DNA of 64,000 bases from positions 1,207,815 through 1,271,814 of the forward strand of contig NMRA01000033.1 in the NCBI GenBank assembly GCA_002633005.1, given 5' to 3'. This DNA comes from Phoronis australis (taxonomy: Eukaryota > Animalia > Phoronida). How positions within the stretch are numbered: the stretch's first letter is position 1; every line of letters begins with the position of its first letter. Below, piece by piece: positions 14,242 through 28,621 of this stretch. The notes beneath the pieces are model-generated. The model had not been told where the DNA came from. It saw only the letters and a program-made list of their open reading frames with translations, and did not search any database. A program made the translations under genes and the position numbers.

Positions 14242-15470
14242 GTATGAGAATCGAAAATAGATAATTTAGATTATATTTTTCAGACAGTGCTATCGAAATG
14301 TACAATCTTAAACAGAATTTTTCCGGGTTATTTTTTTAGTACCTCATAAACGAATTTTCACAAACTACGACAAATCTTTCTAAATAAAGTTCTCCTGAAC
14401 TGGTATAGAAAATAAACATTGATTTCATAACAGAATTTTTTTACTTTTTGCTGACATCTAAAAACTCGTCGACAATACCGAACGTGTGTAGTCTTCGTGG
14501 AGACGAACCGTCTAAAAAGGAAACTAAATTATACCTTTCAGTTTGAAGTTTACGAAAATGTTTCAAAATGACACTAAAATTCGGTGGAAGGAACTTGATC
14601 TATGTTCTTAATTACAAAATGAAAACCAGTGAGTAGCCTTAATTATGTTTATGAATATGTGAAATACGAAGAACACCTGTACATAGTAATTCTTTTTTCC
14701 GATTTTTTTCTCCTAATTTAGTTTAAAATGTTGTAACGCTTAAAACATGACATTTGTTTCGTTTTCAGACCTTGTACACATTTTCAAAGCTTTCGCGATT
14801 CCGGATCGATAGACAAATATTCAATAGTTTACTCTGTTTTCCCTATAAAAAATAAATGTTCAGCAACTGACAATAGATTTGTTTATGATTGTTCACGCAC
14901 ATCGATAACGCAAAGTTATGACAATATAGAATTCGACTTCCTAAATCTGGGAGCCAAAAAATGTCTATTACATGTATGTATTAACAGCTTTTTGTTAAAT
15001 CCAAAAAAGTTTTGTTTGTATCAGTGAGTTTTGGTAGAACATTATAGAAGCAACTGTTATTGTATATTCATCCTAAACTCTGATTAAATTTATCATCGAG
15101 TTAAATGTCGTTAATTGGTTAAGAGTTTATTGCGATAAGACTACTCGCAGGCAGGATTGCGTAACAGTGGAATCGCTCGTCATCTTTGTTCAATGGAATA
15201 CATTTTGGAAAATAGTTTTTCGTCCCTTCAATTATTACATTATCAGTTTTATGACCAAAAAATAAAACATGTTTTGGGTATTTTTGTCGGATGGGATAGA
15301 CGTCTTTAGTTATTAGCTTCAGTAACCAGAGCTCTAGAGCAACAAAATCCGTGTGTTTTTCTGGCTATGATTACAGATCGACAATTCTTGTCGTTGGCTG
15401 CCTGGCATTCGCTGAAATCGAGTCTGGTGATTTTACCAGTTAAATAACTAAAAATACTGTGCCATTTGAC

Positions 15471-15535
15471 GAGTGGGATTTAGCTCCGCCAGCAGAGCGT
15501 CTGAGAGTGCCTGGTTCGAATCCGCACTTGGGCTG
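15471..15535 (+). mobile_element. tRNA-derived SINE head in the Lbx intron
   Basis: A-box-like TAGCTCCGCCAGCAGAGC and a perfect B-box GGTTCGAATCC (15513-15523), but no anticodon arm. Confidence 0.55.
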
Positions 15536-18500
15536 GCCTCAGAAAATCATGATTCTTCACGCCGACAGTGTCGGTGAGTGTCCAGCTCAGCAACAAAAGC
15601 TGCTGAAACTTCCGTACACAGGGACCAATCTGAACTCGTACTATTATTACCCCATCCAGTATTAGGGAGCTTATTCCTGATGAACCTCTTTTTTATTTTA
15701 CCACCTTTTTGAAAAGCCAGATTGGTTAAATGTGTCAAATCACCAAAAGAACTGTTGCATTAGGCAACAACTGACGTCAGTCGAAGCACCTTTCAATAGC
15801 TTCAAAACTAATTATTGCTCTCAAAGGTAACGAAACCTCATAAGGTGAAGTGCGGGCATGTTCTCCCCTGTTTCAATTAGTCTACTAACTAAGTCCCAGA
15901 AAACAAAAGATTTGTCCTTAACAGGTTAATTACTCTAGTAAATGATGCCTCAAACTCAAATTAACCCGACCTCACCTGGCTTATCACGAGTCGCTAATTG
16001 GTCCCTAGCTTCGTGTAGGAATAGCGCGGTCTAAAACATATCACGGGAATCGTAAAATTAATACTTTTACTGTTTGCTCGAGCTGGGTTGGATAACAAAT
16101 AGTCTTCGAGTTAGATAAAAATCGTGATCCTAAGGGAACGCAGTGGTATTCCTTGATACATTAAACACAAAAGCCAGAAACTCGATAATTACTTGTTCGG
16201 CAGACCGTTTGTTACCGCGGACTTTAAAGGCTGGTACGAGTTCGATTTTTGTTTTGACATAAAGGCAAGTTACAGAACATTTACACAATCATACTGTTTC
16301 AGTAAATTTGTATCTTCACTGCTTTTCCATGAGGGACCTCGAAACATTCACTTCAAATTTTTCGTGCAAGGAATGCAGAATATAACGTCTTAGTTTGAAA
16401 CATTTGGCTATGATGAATTTTATTACATGGCCCTCTGGGCCACCCCCATCTTGAGGTATGACCAAAGACAGCACCGCCGCCACGCCATTGTAGTGCTTAC
16501 GCATTTTTTTTACTTCAAAATTTGTGATGGAGTGCTCCCTCCCCCTCCCCCTCCCCCCGCCCCCCGTTACGACTCCTTAGATCTGCTAGTGAACGTTTTG
16601 AAAATGGTGAGCACAAAGGAAACAGTAGCCCCCATGGGATTAATTTTGGTAAAATCATCTTGACCTTAACTGATGTTAAACAGCATTCCTCTAGCCTAAT
16701 TGATAATTCCGCAAATGTTCTGAAATGTCATTTGCCTGGATGGTTAAAGGAAATGAAAGACATCCCTCTGTTGGCATTATCAACACCATCGAACAAGACT
16801 GGTTGAAAAGGACATCACCTCTTTTACGCCAGTTAAGTATCAATCATGCGGAACGCTTTGCGCATATTGTCCACACTGTTCAAAGAATTAGCTTAAAATC
16901 AAGTTGTCAAATTTTGATTGAAATAAGACAGTCCGTTAACGAACTAGTAGACGGTTTAATTAACGGGGCTCATTAACAGCCGCTCTCAGATGTGTTGATA
17001 TTTTACACTAAGATTAATACGCGCAAGTGCTGCCTGAAGTTTACTTGTTAAGCAGTTTTGTCGAGCGTAGCGGGAGAGTGTCACTTGGCGAAATAATGTG
17101 TACTATTAAAAGGTGTGGTGGCATATTTTTAATTTACTCTAAAGCCGAAGAAACACTAGATTCTGGTCTGTGTCCGACACTTTTTAAGGCTGCAAAAAGC
17201 ACACGCCCGCACGATTTTTTCCAAACATTTTATCTTCCTTTTAAAATGTCTCATAAATAATAAACACATGTAATGTTGAGGCTTGTCTTGTCTCAAGTCA
17301 ACTTTAATCACTGCTCCCCACCTCCATCCTCCTGTCCGACCCCCACCCCTGCCCCCAACCCCCAGGCGTCAGTTCAGCCAGGTGTATGACATAAAGCTTC
17401 AATTTTCGATGACCAAGCTGCCATAGTAGTAGGTTACTATGGACAACAGAAGTTGAATTTCGCTAGTGGTTCTGTGCTGAGGGATATGGACGAATATGTT
17501 AATTTGTCGAACAAGAGCTCCAGCGATGTAAATGTATCCTTTGGAGTGACGCTAGACTTTAAGATAACCTTTTCAGACACCGGGACGAATGTAATTATAC
17601 AACTTGCGCTCCCAAATTACAGCACGTGCATCAGAGCAGACAAGCCCTTTAATCGGTACATTCTATCAATAGTCTTCATATAATTAGAACAGAACTGTTT
17701 TGAAAACTAATGTGGAGCTGAATACTAATAACAAATAAGCGTAATCATTCAGCTGTTATGTTTAAAATGCTTTAATGATCAGGAGAGCTGCAACATATGT
17801 TTTAGTGATTACATAAAGACGGTGTTCTCCGATTGGAGTGGTAAAGGCTTTCAGAATCGTAAAGGCAGATTAAACGTAATAGATGTCAAAACGTAGCATC
17901 GACTCGATAGATCATGTTAAAAGTAGGCGCCCGGAGCCGGCTAAATTGGACATAAAACCTGAAGAAGACAGAGTTTTCTTTCTTCGTAATCACTAGCGAA
18001 ACGAAAGCTCGTTAAATTGCTACTTTTAGCGAAGAATGGCCTGTTTAGATAAAGGAAACATTTGACACTGAAGTATTTCAGGTGTGCATTTGTTGATGTG
18101 TTTCCTATCACATTTAGTTTTGTACATTCACAAATTCGACTGTCTAAAACTGAATTAAGGATGCTCTTACCGCTTCATTTCACTTAACTTTCATGTACTA
18201 CGCGTACTTTAATGCTAAACAGTTTAGTCGAAACGTTTTACTAAATGATTCTCACTATATCAAATTTATTTTAAATTAACGGAATTATTTAGATGAGTTT
18301 CCTTAATATCTGGAAGTGTGCCAATAAAATGGCCGCCGGCTAGATGACACAGATCTTCATTCCTATCAACTCATAGTAACAAATGAACATTGCAATCATT
18401 TTTCAGACGTTCATACATTTGTGATATCTTGTGATTGATGACATTTATATATTCTGTGATATGGTGAAAACTGAAAACTATGGAGAAAAGTATCGAAAGT

Positions 18501-19220
18501 GTCTGGGAAGCTGACCGTTGAACACGCATCTACTAGATCAAGTCACGTGATTTATTTCCCATACTCGTAGCGCCAGTTTTGCCGTTGTTCCACGAGTCAA
18601 CAAAGCTCTTGATTCCGCAACTTTAGTATTCATGCGAAAAATGTTCAAGCTTCAGGAAATTCCGTAAAAAAATCCGCAAACACGACTTCCTTCAACGGCC
18701 ACTTAGTTCTCGTTCACGTTGCTCGTGGTGTGACGCCAACACATCGAATGCTGCCTGTTGCACGTGAAAATCATGCGTCTTCATTCTATTACCTGCCTAT
18801 ATGTAATTTATGTTAATTGTATTTACGGCGTCATACTTTGTTACTGCATCCAAGGACGTCGGGAGAAAAGTCGACGGTCTGAACGAACAACCATGGAAAA
18901 CGACGTAAATGTCAATTAAATAAAATTTCGCTTTTTAATATCAATACACCGTTTCTATCCCCACAGGTATAAGTATGCGTACAGTGTACATACGTTGTTT
19001 TGGTTGTCACGTTACTGCAGTTTGATCGCATTGTTTAAAGTAGTAATCGTTTTTTAACATATTGGACATAAATTATCCTAATCACCAGCCATTTAATGGA
19101 GATTTATGACAAAACGCACTTCAATTAATTTAATTAGCGGTTTTGTTAATGATTGATACTGGGCCTTAATCTGTTCTCAAACAAGTGCTACTAAAATAGG
19201 CTGTCGCATAAGCAGAAGGT

Positions 19221-19223
<3 letters not shown>

Positions 19224-19256
<33 letters not shown>
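19224..19256. repeat. (TA)n microsatellite
   Basis: Directly visible. Confidence 0.95.
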
Positions 19257-19259
<3 letters not shown>

Positions 19260-19469
19260 AGGGGTGAGGAAATCTGAGGGTGGAAAACAGGATGATGGAG
19301 AAGTCATTTAATGCTAGTTGACGTTTTCAGTGCAAAATATTATCTATTGTAATTGATGACACTGAGAACTCGACAAACGTGTTTTGCCGTAATTAACTTA
19401 TGAGATAATTGGGAAATGATGTTGTTGGCTATGACATATAAGAATGTAGATTTGAGGCATAATTCAGTA

Positions 19470-20195
19470 CGAGCTAACGATTGTGATGACGACGTTAATG
19501 ATGGTCGAGGCGATGATATTGACGACTGTCACTGTCTTGACCGTCATGATATCGATCGTGGTACTTATGAATACGGTGGCGAAGGCGAAGGTGGTGACGA
19601 TAATGACGAAGATAACAGAAACGATGACGACGAAGGTGATGGTGGTGGTTGTGGAGGCGGAGGAGGTGGTGATGGTGGTGGCGGGGTGGTGATGGTGGTG
19701 GTAGGGTGGTGATGATTATGGTGACGATGACGCTAATGATGATGGTAGTGGTGATGATATTGGCTGTAATGCTCTCCATGATGATTGGGTAGTTGATGAT
19801 GGTGTTGATGTTGTTGTTGTTGTTGGTGGTGGAAATGGTGTTAATGATGGTATTGGTGGTGATGGTGTCGATGATGTTTATAGTGATGATGATAGTGGTG
19901 TTGATGGTGATGATTTTGGTGATGGTGATTGTGATGGTGGTGGTGGTGATGATGATGGTGGTGGTGATGATGGCGGTGGTGGTGGTGGTGGTGATGGTGA
20001 TGGTGGTGGTGGTGATGGTGATGGTGGTGGTGGTGATAGTTGTGGTGATGATGATCATGACGATGGTAATGATGGTGGTGGTGGTGTGATGGTGGTGATT
20101 GTGATTCTGGTAATGGTGATTATGGTGATGACCACGATGACGACGATGATAATGATGAGGATAATGATGATGGTAATGATTTCGAATATATGATG
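19470..20195. repeat. Degenerate (GAT/GGT)n trinucleotide low-complexity tract in the Lbx intron
   Basis: Directly visible; it produces spurious poly-V/M/T/H ORFs. Confidence 0.95.
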
Positions 20196-21683
20196 GCAAT
20201 TGAGACAGGGGAAATCAGAACCATGATACACAATCTTAAACATGCTGTTGTTGTTTAAAAAACAAAGATCAACTAAAAGTCTAGGTCTATACTATACAGT
20301 CACGCTTCACTAACCTTTAATAGTGCCTGTGTTTGGAAGCTAGTCAGAGAGCAATAATTTTGAGTCATAAAATAACCATAAAATGTACAACAAGCCCCGA
20401 TTTGACAAGGCTCTTGTGCTATCAGAGCTGTTCCGAAGTTAGAAAGATAACGTACTTAAGTATTATTTTTTGCTGAGGATGAAAACTACAGTTTTGATTT
20501 TTTATTAATTTAAACACCTTAGCCAGAAACTTCTTAACAAAACACTATTGTTCGTGATGTTGAAACTGTTGTTGTATTCTAAAACATAACAAATTAAAAC
20601 TTTTTAGCATGGTACCAGTTTTACATGCTTCTTTCTGGGTCACTGCAATGGCCTCTCTGATCTAGCGGTACCCATAATACTGTGCGGTGTCCGTGGGACA
20701 CTGTTGCCGCCCTTATCTCTATTTAGACTAGTACTAGCAAAGATCAGACGGCTTCGATCTATTCTAGATGACAATTGGAAATAAAGTGACGTTGAGTAGC
20801 CTAGCAACCAAGGCCGGCCCTCCCATCAGGGGCACACATTGGTCCCTGATCCCAATAATAGTCTATTACTGTTAATTCCACGCTCATGTTCGACCGGTAT
20901 CAGCAAAGTACACCTTTATAAGCTCACACTCCGCGTGTACTGAACTTGTGTGAGTTCTTAGTAAATACGCAGCATGAAGGCAAAAGTTATCCAACAGAGT
21001 GTACACTTGTTCTTGTATTATACATGTACTGAGGCGTAAATTACTTACAGGTGTATAACGAGTCATTATGTACGGACAAAGAACAAACAAAGTGTTTTTT
21101 TATTTGTTGTCTACAGCTTTTTAAATGGGAGCGTAATGGCACCTCTCCAGCTAGTCACTAAATATGACTTCTCATAAGAAATTGGGCTAGCACAAATTAT
21201 GTTTTTGTTGCAAAGTCATAATGCAGACTTAAGAATGAGAAGCTGAGCGAGGTACCACGAAACGTTTTTCACTTAGCTTTTCTCTCTGGAGCGTGTTAGC
21301 TGCCTTATGTTTCGGAACATGGTCGATTTTTATTGCTACACAAATAAATGACAATACATTAAATGCCAATATTTAGCCCCTAAAGTGAACCATTATATCC
21401 TGGCTTTTAACTATAAAACAATTACTTACTTAAGCAAAACATAATATTGAGCAAAAATATAAAAAGTAAAAAACTTAGTCGATTTCGGCAGCGTGAAAAT
21501 TCAATGGTTATTTCTGCGGTAACTTTGGATGGTGAGAAGTACGTTGAGTAGGCAGTTTTGAGGGCATCCTATTGTTGTGTTTGTGTACCAGCGCTTGATA
21601 TTGTCGTGTTTGTGTACCAGTGCTTGATTTGACAACAATGGTGTAATTTAATGTAAGAAATATTACCTTGTTTTTATTTCTAG

Positions 21684-22030
21684 GTAGAACAAAAGATCGC
21701 GAAGCAATCCAAAAAGGAACTGTGATAAAGAAAAGAAGAAAGTCGCGAACTGCTTTTTCGAATCAGCAAATTTACGAGCTTGAAAAACGATTTCTCTACC
21801 AGAAATACCTCACACCAGCTGATAGAGACGATATCGCGCAGAGTCTTGGTCTGAGCAATGCGCAAGTGATCACGTGGTTTCAAAACAGGCGCGCAAAATT
21901 AAAACGAGACTTGGAAGAACTTAAAGCAGACGTTACCGCCGCTCGCGTGATTGGCGGAGAAAACGTGTCGTCGATTATGTTGGAGAAAGGTGTTGAAGTT
22001 GGACTGACGAAAATCGGCGGAGTGTTGTGA
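21684..22030 (+). CDS. Lbx: Ladybird homeobox gene, coding exon 2 (homeodomain about 21734-21913)
   Basis: Polypyrimidine tract plus TAG acceptor (AG 21682-21683). Phase 1 matches exon 1 (G|GT = Gly). Encodes KKRRKSRTAFSNQQIYELEKRFLYQKYLTPADRDDIAQSLGLSNAQVITWFQNRRAKLKRDLEELKADV, diagnostic of Lbx. TGA at 22028-22030. Confidence 0.96.
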
Positions 22031-23042
22031 AACAGACCTATCTTGTTTTAATATTTTAATACTTTTTCGTGGCACTCATTTACAAGATAACCTGTTTTCA
22101 AACAGTGTTCTACTTTGGGCCAACGATGACATCATGACTTTCTCGAGATCCCGAGATAATTAAAAAACATAGGCGCGATGTCATCTTTGGGCCACCAAGG
22201 TGTTCGCTATTTGCGTTCTTCAAATGAATTACTTGGATGCTCTGGCATTCTCAAGATTCATTCAATGAAACTCAAGGAAAAGGACGCCATGACACCTTCA
22301 CATGGCAGGAAAATCTGTTAGCATTCTCGTGAGCCTGTACCTGTGCCTCCAGTGACAGAGCGAAAAATTATAAATCTGGTATTTAACACAATCAAAACGA
22401 AGACATATTTAGCGAGGACGTTACTTCCCTAAGCGCAAATACGCTAGAAAATTTTCTTATCAGGTGACTGGACGTATATGTGACGTTATTATGTGTCCTT
22501 CCGCAGAACGCTGATGGTCAATTCCGTCTAAGCCGTGTTGGCAGTGGCAGACCTACGGCAATTTAATCGAGTGGGTGATTGCTGTTGGGACCGTTTGTCT
22601 TTTCGAAATTGTTGTGTTCGTAAACTACGGGTCATTTTTAAGCCCACTGACTAACGATATTTCACACAATGATTAAGTAACTCGAGACTGCGTGTGTACT
22701 GTCTCACGAGTAGTGCGATTGTAATTGAGAAGACGCATGTACTTCAAAATCGAGTCTTTATTTGTTGTGATGTTTGTGAAAAGAAATAATCCAGGTTGTG
22801 AAACATGGCTTTTTATTTTTCATGGTTGAATCATTTCACATTCATGTCCTTAGCTTGAAGTTGCAGAGCGCGCTAATTCTGGATTAAATGAAACGTGATT
22901 GAGTGTGTTGCTATTGCAGGAACCGGTCCAGTAAATTTGGATTTAAAATGCCTCGATATTTTGGATTTTGTGGAGCAGTGTCTTTTCCAGTGGTCCCCAT
23001 GCCGTATTTTATATGCCGATTTTGAAACCAAACGTCATTTTC

Positions 23043-23048
23043 AATAAA
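23043..23048 (+). terminator. Candidate Lbx polyadenylation signal
   Basis: First AATAAA I saw after the stop, about 1 kb downstream and followed by T-rich sequence. Another is at 23383. Confidence 0.35.
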
Positions 23049-26000
23049 ATGCTACTATAACCTGAAATGTTTTTAACTTTCTGCTTGAAAATGTTTTATT
23101 TGAAACTTAAGTCCAGACTCCTATTTTCGCAAAGGAAAGTAAATTTCGAAGGATAGTCAAAACTGTTCAATGTGAGAATCACATAGATAATAATGTCATA
23201 ACCGTTTTCGTTTGACATTTTTAGCGTTACTACAAGTAAGTGACTCAAACGACGGGCAATAGGGGATCAATGCATGACAATTATTCCGTCTAAAAGTGTC
23301 CCTGTCACTCCGCTCTGCACGTACACCGACAATATATGCACAACCGTCTGTTGAGGGAATCCAATTGACATGCTTAAAAACTAATAAATTTTATAGTTAA
23401 TAAGCATGGCACACTGCAACTTTTGAGGCCAAATAATATTTGACTATAATCACTTGAATTTTAATTTCTAATTTGAAACGTTTGAAATCTTAGGATGTGT
23501 GGAGAAAATCCAACCTCTTCGTTCACAAAGGGCCCATTAGCTGTGTATTCTTTTTGAGAGTACAGGTAACAACTGAATTTGGTAGCCTGCACTCTACAAT
23601 CTATTACCCATTGCGTGTTATCTCTGCTTACAACAATTTTGGCCAAAGACTTGTTTTTGCCTGGTCTTTACCATGAATCAAATGAGAATGTTGGCATCTT
23701 TTGACAAAGTACCCAGATGAATACAGAACAAGTCATTAAAACTCCATTCCGTCCGTCGTGTTTAGCTTCTAACAAAGAGAATCAAAACAACGCCACTGAT
23801 TCGTGAAAAATTGGTCTCGAGTGTGCCTACTCTATCGATGCCACTGAGAATATCATGAAACTTTTTGCCAAAACTTCTTAAAACCTTACTAACTTAAGAT
23901 CAAAATGGTCTTAGTCCTGTTTCATGAATTTCTTAATACCAAAATCAAGACCGAAATCAGCCGCTAAAACCGAAAGTTTACCAGCTACAGAATAGACTTA
24001 AGATTGGACTTTTGATCAAAAATGACCAAAGTTTAGGACTATTACCACTGTAAACTGGTGAGGAACAAATTTTGTTGATATTTGTCACAATGTAATGTCC
24101 TAACCAATGTCAAATTGAAGATCGTCTGAGTTTTCCATACAAGTGAAATGATATTTCCAGTCAAACCAGGGTGTTCTCACGCAAACTACATCCCAGTCAA
24201 TTGTTACCAAAATGTAAATAAATCCCCATTAAGAGTTCCAAGACCAAGAAAATTCCACACATCGCCTCACTTAGCCTTGTGAATTCGCAACAGGTGGCGA
24301 AAGCGTAGTTTGTATGCTCAGCTAACATGTATTTCAAAAAGTGACTTAATTTCTGTCTAAGTTAAAACCAAATACCAAACCCCGATTTTGTGTTCAAGAA
24401 ACGATCTTTTATGATCAATGTTTATCTTCGGTCTTAACTTAGCCCGAATTTTGGTCTTAATTTAGACAAGTTTTTGGTCTTAAGTCTGAAAGCCGTTTTC
24501 ATGAAATGGGACGCAGGTGTCGTTGCGTCTAAAAAGCGTTTGGCAAAAAAATTATAAGATTTGTTCTAAAACTTGAAGATTTCAATTCAGTTGCGTCGGT
24601 TTCAAAAAAAAAAATCAACTGCTGCATTTGTGCCTGAGTCTTATTTTAAATTGATAGGTATAAATGAGAAATGATTCTATGCTGAAGCTGCATACTGTGG
24701 TCGGTGATAACTGGACAGAATTATACAGTGGATCTCAGACAATACTTCAACTGTTGTTTGGACATTTTTCATATAAGTTTCGATTTTCTTACATGATTTG
24801 TTCTTTTCGCTTTTATTTCCGCAAAAATTTGCGAGGCCAGTGGCCCTCGACTTCCCTTGTCACCGGTTGTTGAGCCACATGACCTTGCAGATACCTCCTT
24901 ACTTGCTGTACATGTACATCAATCAAAATGTTGCATTTGCGCTAACTTTGAAAGAAAGGTTTGTGGGAGTAAAGAGGTAAGGCATGTTTAAAGAGCAATG
25001 AAGCAACTTAAAGTAAGACTGGACAAAAATTAGCAGGTGCCAAAATTGAATGCTGCCTTTTTACGTCAGTTTAGCCAGGCTTATCTGCCTCACTGAATTC
25101 GACACTTCCTTATGAAGCAAGTACCTTGCAACAAAGAAATGCCACACAGTGAACTAAAACGTTCGTTCAACAACTCACTCCGACATGTTGACAAACATAG
25201 CGCATGTTGAGACTACTTCAAGCGACACCTATGGAACACGTAAACACTGAAATACTTAAATAGAAAGCCTTTGACAACAGATCATCTGTTGCTTATCATT
25301 CATACATGTAACATATCAAAATTACTGTCATATTTAACTCAAATATGTTTGTGTTTTGTCTTATAGGGATAAAGTATATCTATTTACCAACATTTTACTT
25401 ATTCTGTTAACAGTGCAGGTTATTTCTTCCTGCTGCCTCCTTATGTAGCTTATCAGTCACAGTTCAGTCCGACATCTATAGGCCACAACTGGTACTACTA
25501 ATTTTGGTTCTTGTGTGTTTTGGTGATTTCATCCAAAACAAGTTCTTTCTCTTGCTGTAACATTACGTAAGCTACGCTTGCCAACTTCGAACATGTAAGG
25601 CCAAAAAACATAGTTGATTATGGTCTTTTCCCCGACTAATTTTGAAACTTCAAGGCTTCCAGTCAATCTTAACTGAAATCGAGGCCAACGCGTGTATGCA
25701 ATGCAGCTAGATCAACGGCGGCGTGCAAGAACCTGACACTGTTCTCCTGAGTGTTGTGAGAACAAGAAGAGAAGAGTCGAAGCACGGAGTGAAATTGGAA
25801 GAATGGCCTCCAGAATAAACCTTTGATAACGACCTCTAGCAATAGGAGGTGAAAATTTTTCAGAAGTGCCGAGCATGTGAGAAACAGTCAGGTGAGTTTT
25901 GCTTTCATCTTAAGTGTTTCAAAAAGCCTTGATCTCCCTGCCTTTTTGATTGGTTTAAGCGCAAACCAAAACTTTTCGTAAAGAGCTTATACTGTTTCCA

Positions 26001-26674
26001 GTATGGCTAATTAACCGATTGAATCCCTTCTTCAATGGTCTCGCCCATTCAGCATAATAACCAGATAAAAAGCACGGTGTTTTTTGTCCCGCTTTGCCTG
26101 ACGTCATGGTGCACAGCAGGAATTCGGTCTTTGTAAGACCTAATGCAAAACTACCTTTCCTAGATTACCAAATCCGATTTCAACCCGCTAACTCGAGTCA
26201 CAACTTCTAACTCAAGTCGTATGGGGGGGTGGCTATTACCAGAGTATTGTGCTGTTGGACACCACGCCTGAACTATAACATTACATGCAGGGCGTATCCA
26301 GGAAAGTCGAGGATTACTGGCCAAAGTAAAAGAAAAAAACGTCATGTGAGAAAATCAAAATATTTTGATGAAAAGGCTCCGAACGACATTTGAAGTGTTT
26401 TCTGGGAAATCCGTGTAATTATGTTCGGCTTTGCGCATTTTATTCCGACTATGTCAGTTTAAAACATAAAATCGCCTTATTAAATAATAAATTTTGGTTC
26501 AAAGCACCTTTCTGAAACTGGTCTCAACCTGTTCCTTACTATGATTAGAAATACTTTCTGGAATAATTGGCAATCTGTTGCGCTTGAAACAATGTACAAC
26601 ACGTTGACTTGACCCCGGGAGCCAATTTTGCGCCGAGCATTAGTATTACCCAGCTTGTCCCTTTATGAGCCGGG

Positions 26675-26836
26675 AATTGACCTATCGCAAGCTCCTCACA
26701 AACACACAATAAGTTTTACCACACAGTGTGTTATTTGCCGGGTAAAATGGCGGTTTGTAAACGACGGTGTGTCAAGAATGCTGCGTTCTGATTGGTCAGT
26801 TAAGCAGCCACTCAAAATCTTGGCGATAGTTTAATT
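26675..26836 (+). mobile_element. Short TIR element, family Y copy 1
   Basis: AATTGACCTATCGCAAG ... CTTGGCGATAGTTTAATT. An inverted homologous copy is at about 38746-38923. Confidence 0.7.
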
Positions 26837-28452
26837 AGTATCAACGAATAAGGAAGTTCTTCCCAAGCTCATACATAACTTCTTCTCAGAAAACTAAAAT
26901 CTGATAGAAGGTGGGTATACAACACCGTAGATGGGACTACTTAGGTATGGCTTGGTCACATCATAATCGCAAGATGCTCGCACGATCCCATCGGTTGAGT
27001 TCTGTACCGATGCACGATCATGCAACATGTAGTCATCGCCATCACTTGGAACACCTCGAGATATTTTTGTAGCCTCAAATTATCCCTCGGAGGTGTTTCA
27101 CATCTGTACGGACCTCATTCAGTGCAGCAGTTGAATCTCAACATCGAATGATAACAGGCTTCAAAAACAAGAGCTTGACAGATCACCAGGAGACAGACTA
27201 ATTAAGGGTTGAGAATGGCCGTCGTGTACGACATCTAAGACTTACTAAATTGAATACATGGTTTTAGGCGTCTCTGGACCAAATCCCATTGCTGTAATGG
27301 TTAAATTTCCCACTTTGTGGTTGGTCATTTTTAACGCGGACGCTTGTTAGGCACTCTCAATAACCTCCCGACTGTTGGTCGTTACGACTATTGTTCTGCT
27401 GCAAACACATCGATCGGTGTATTTTAGTTCCAGGATTAAAATGGCTCTATCGTCGATAGAGCTGATTTTCTGAGATTAACCTCAATTGCTCAACTCGATG
27501 AATGGCATTATATTTTAATGTTATGTAGCATCTTATTGACAGGTCTGGTAATGCGTATTTAGGCAAATATCTATCAAACTGTACATTTTAAATCAACAAA
27601 AGTATGCTTTATTTAATATTTACCAAACTGTACAAGTCATTTTAAATCCGCAAAATTATATATTTTTGCAAGTCTGAAATATCATTTGTGATGTTTACTA
27701 GGGAAAATCATACACCAAGAGGCAAGTTGTAGAATTCTGTGACTGATCCTCTCAACTAGACTATATTAGAACTTTCAAGTATTGCTATATTCATGGAAAG
27801 GTGAAAATTACTAGAACACGGGTAAGTGCGCATGAACTGGCTCTGTAGTATCCAATAAGTTTTTAGTTTTACACACCTTTCTATACATGCCAAGAATTGT
27901 GCGATAACTTTTGGCTTACCCCAAAATTCAACTGCTGCTTGGTAGTTTGGTAATTGGCCCAATTATGTAGCACACCTAGTAGAATTAATGAAGAACAAAA
28001 TATGGTAACATTAAACAAATGCTTTAGGTTGTAAAAGTCAAATTTCCTCTCCTATTCTAAAAACTCAAATACCCATTCATGTGTAACTTTCACAAACTAT
28101 TCAAATATTCAATTGAGGACCTTTCAACGCGAAAAGTTAAAGTACCATTGTCACCCCCAGTGTTTTAAGAATGGGTCTGATTATCTAGAGAACAATAACA
28201 CCAGCAGCCTGAGACGTTGTAATTAACTACAACAGTATGGTATCTTTGATCAATGCTGGCAGATTTTGAGTTACGCAAACCGGCCGAGTTTCCCAATCCC
28301 CACCGGTGAGGATGTCAACGTAGGGTTCTTTCCATGCTTTTCTCTGCACCACAAGTTGCCAGTCAGTCATGCAGATAGCAAGGATTTTTTGGTGTGTTGT
28401 TTAGATGCTCAAACCTAGTTCTGCAGCATCTACATGTATGAGAATATGCCCA

Positions 28453-28621
28453 ATACCCCTCCTTCACGCAGTCGCCATTTTAAAAGTGAGCCTCTTTCTA
28501 GGTTTTAAAAACAAGGCCTAATTACAGTGCAGAGCGTGATTTTCTCCATTGCCTCGTTAATATCTATGTCTCGTAAAAAGAGGCTCACTTTTAAAATGGA
28601 GACAGCGTGAATACGGTCTAT
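28453..28621. mobile_element. MITE with about 45-bp TIRs
   Basis: TTCACGCAGTCGCCATTTTAAAAGTGAGCCTCTTT versus AAAGAGGCTCACTTTTAAAATGGAGACAGCGTGAA. The GGTCTAT end resembles the ISL2EU-like element terminus. Confidence 0.75.

Larger units (their letters stand above)
14242..21683 (+). other. Lbx intron (7442 bp, GT-AG, phase 1)
   Basis: Canonical splice sites join the two exons in frame. Confidence 0.9.

Noticed and set aside
19416-20243. Long His/Thr/Val/Met/Asp-rich ORFs on both strands
   Set aside because: These are by-products of a (GAT/GGT)n tract inside the Lbx intron, with no supporting gene structure.
25700-25891. Exon-like purine-rich stretch ending in CAG|GTGAGT
   Set aside because: All frames close quickly and I recognised no homology or partner exon.
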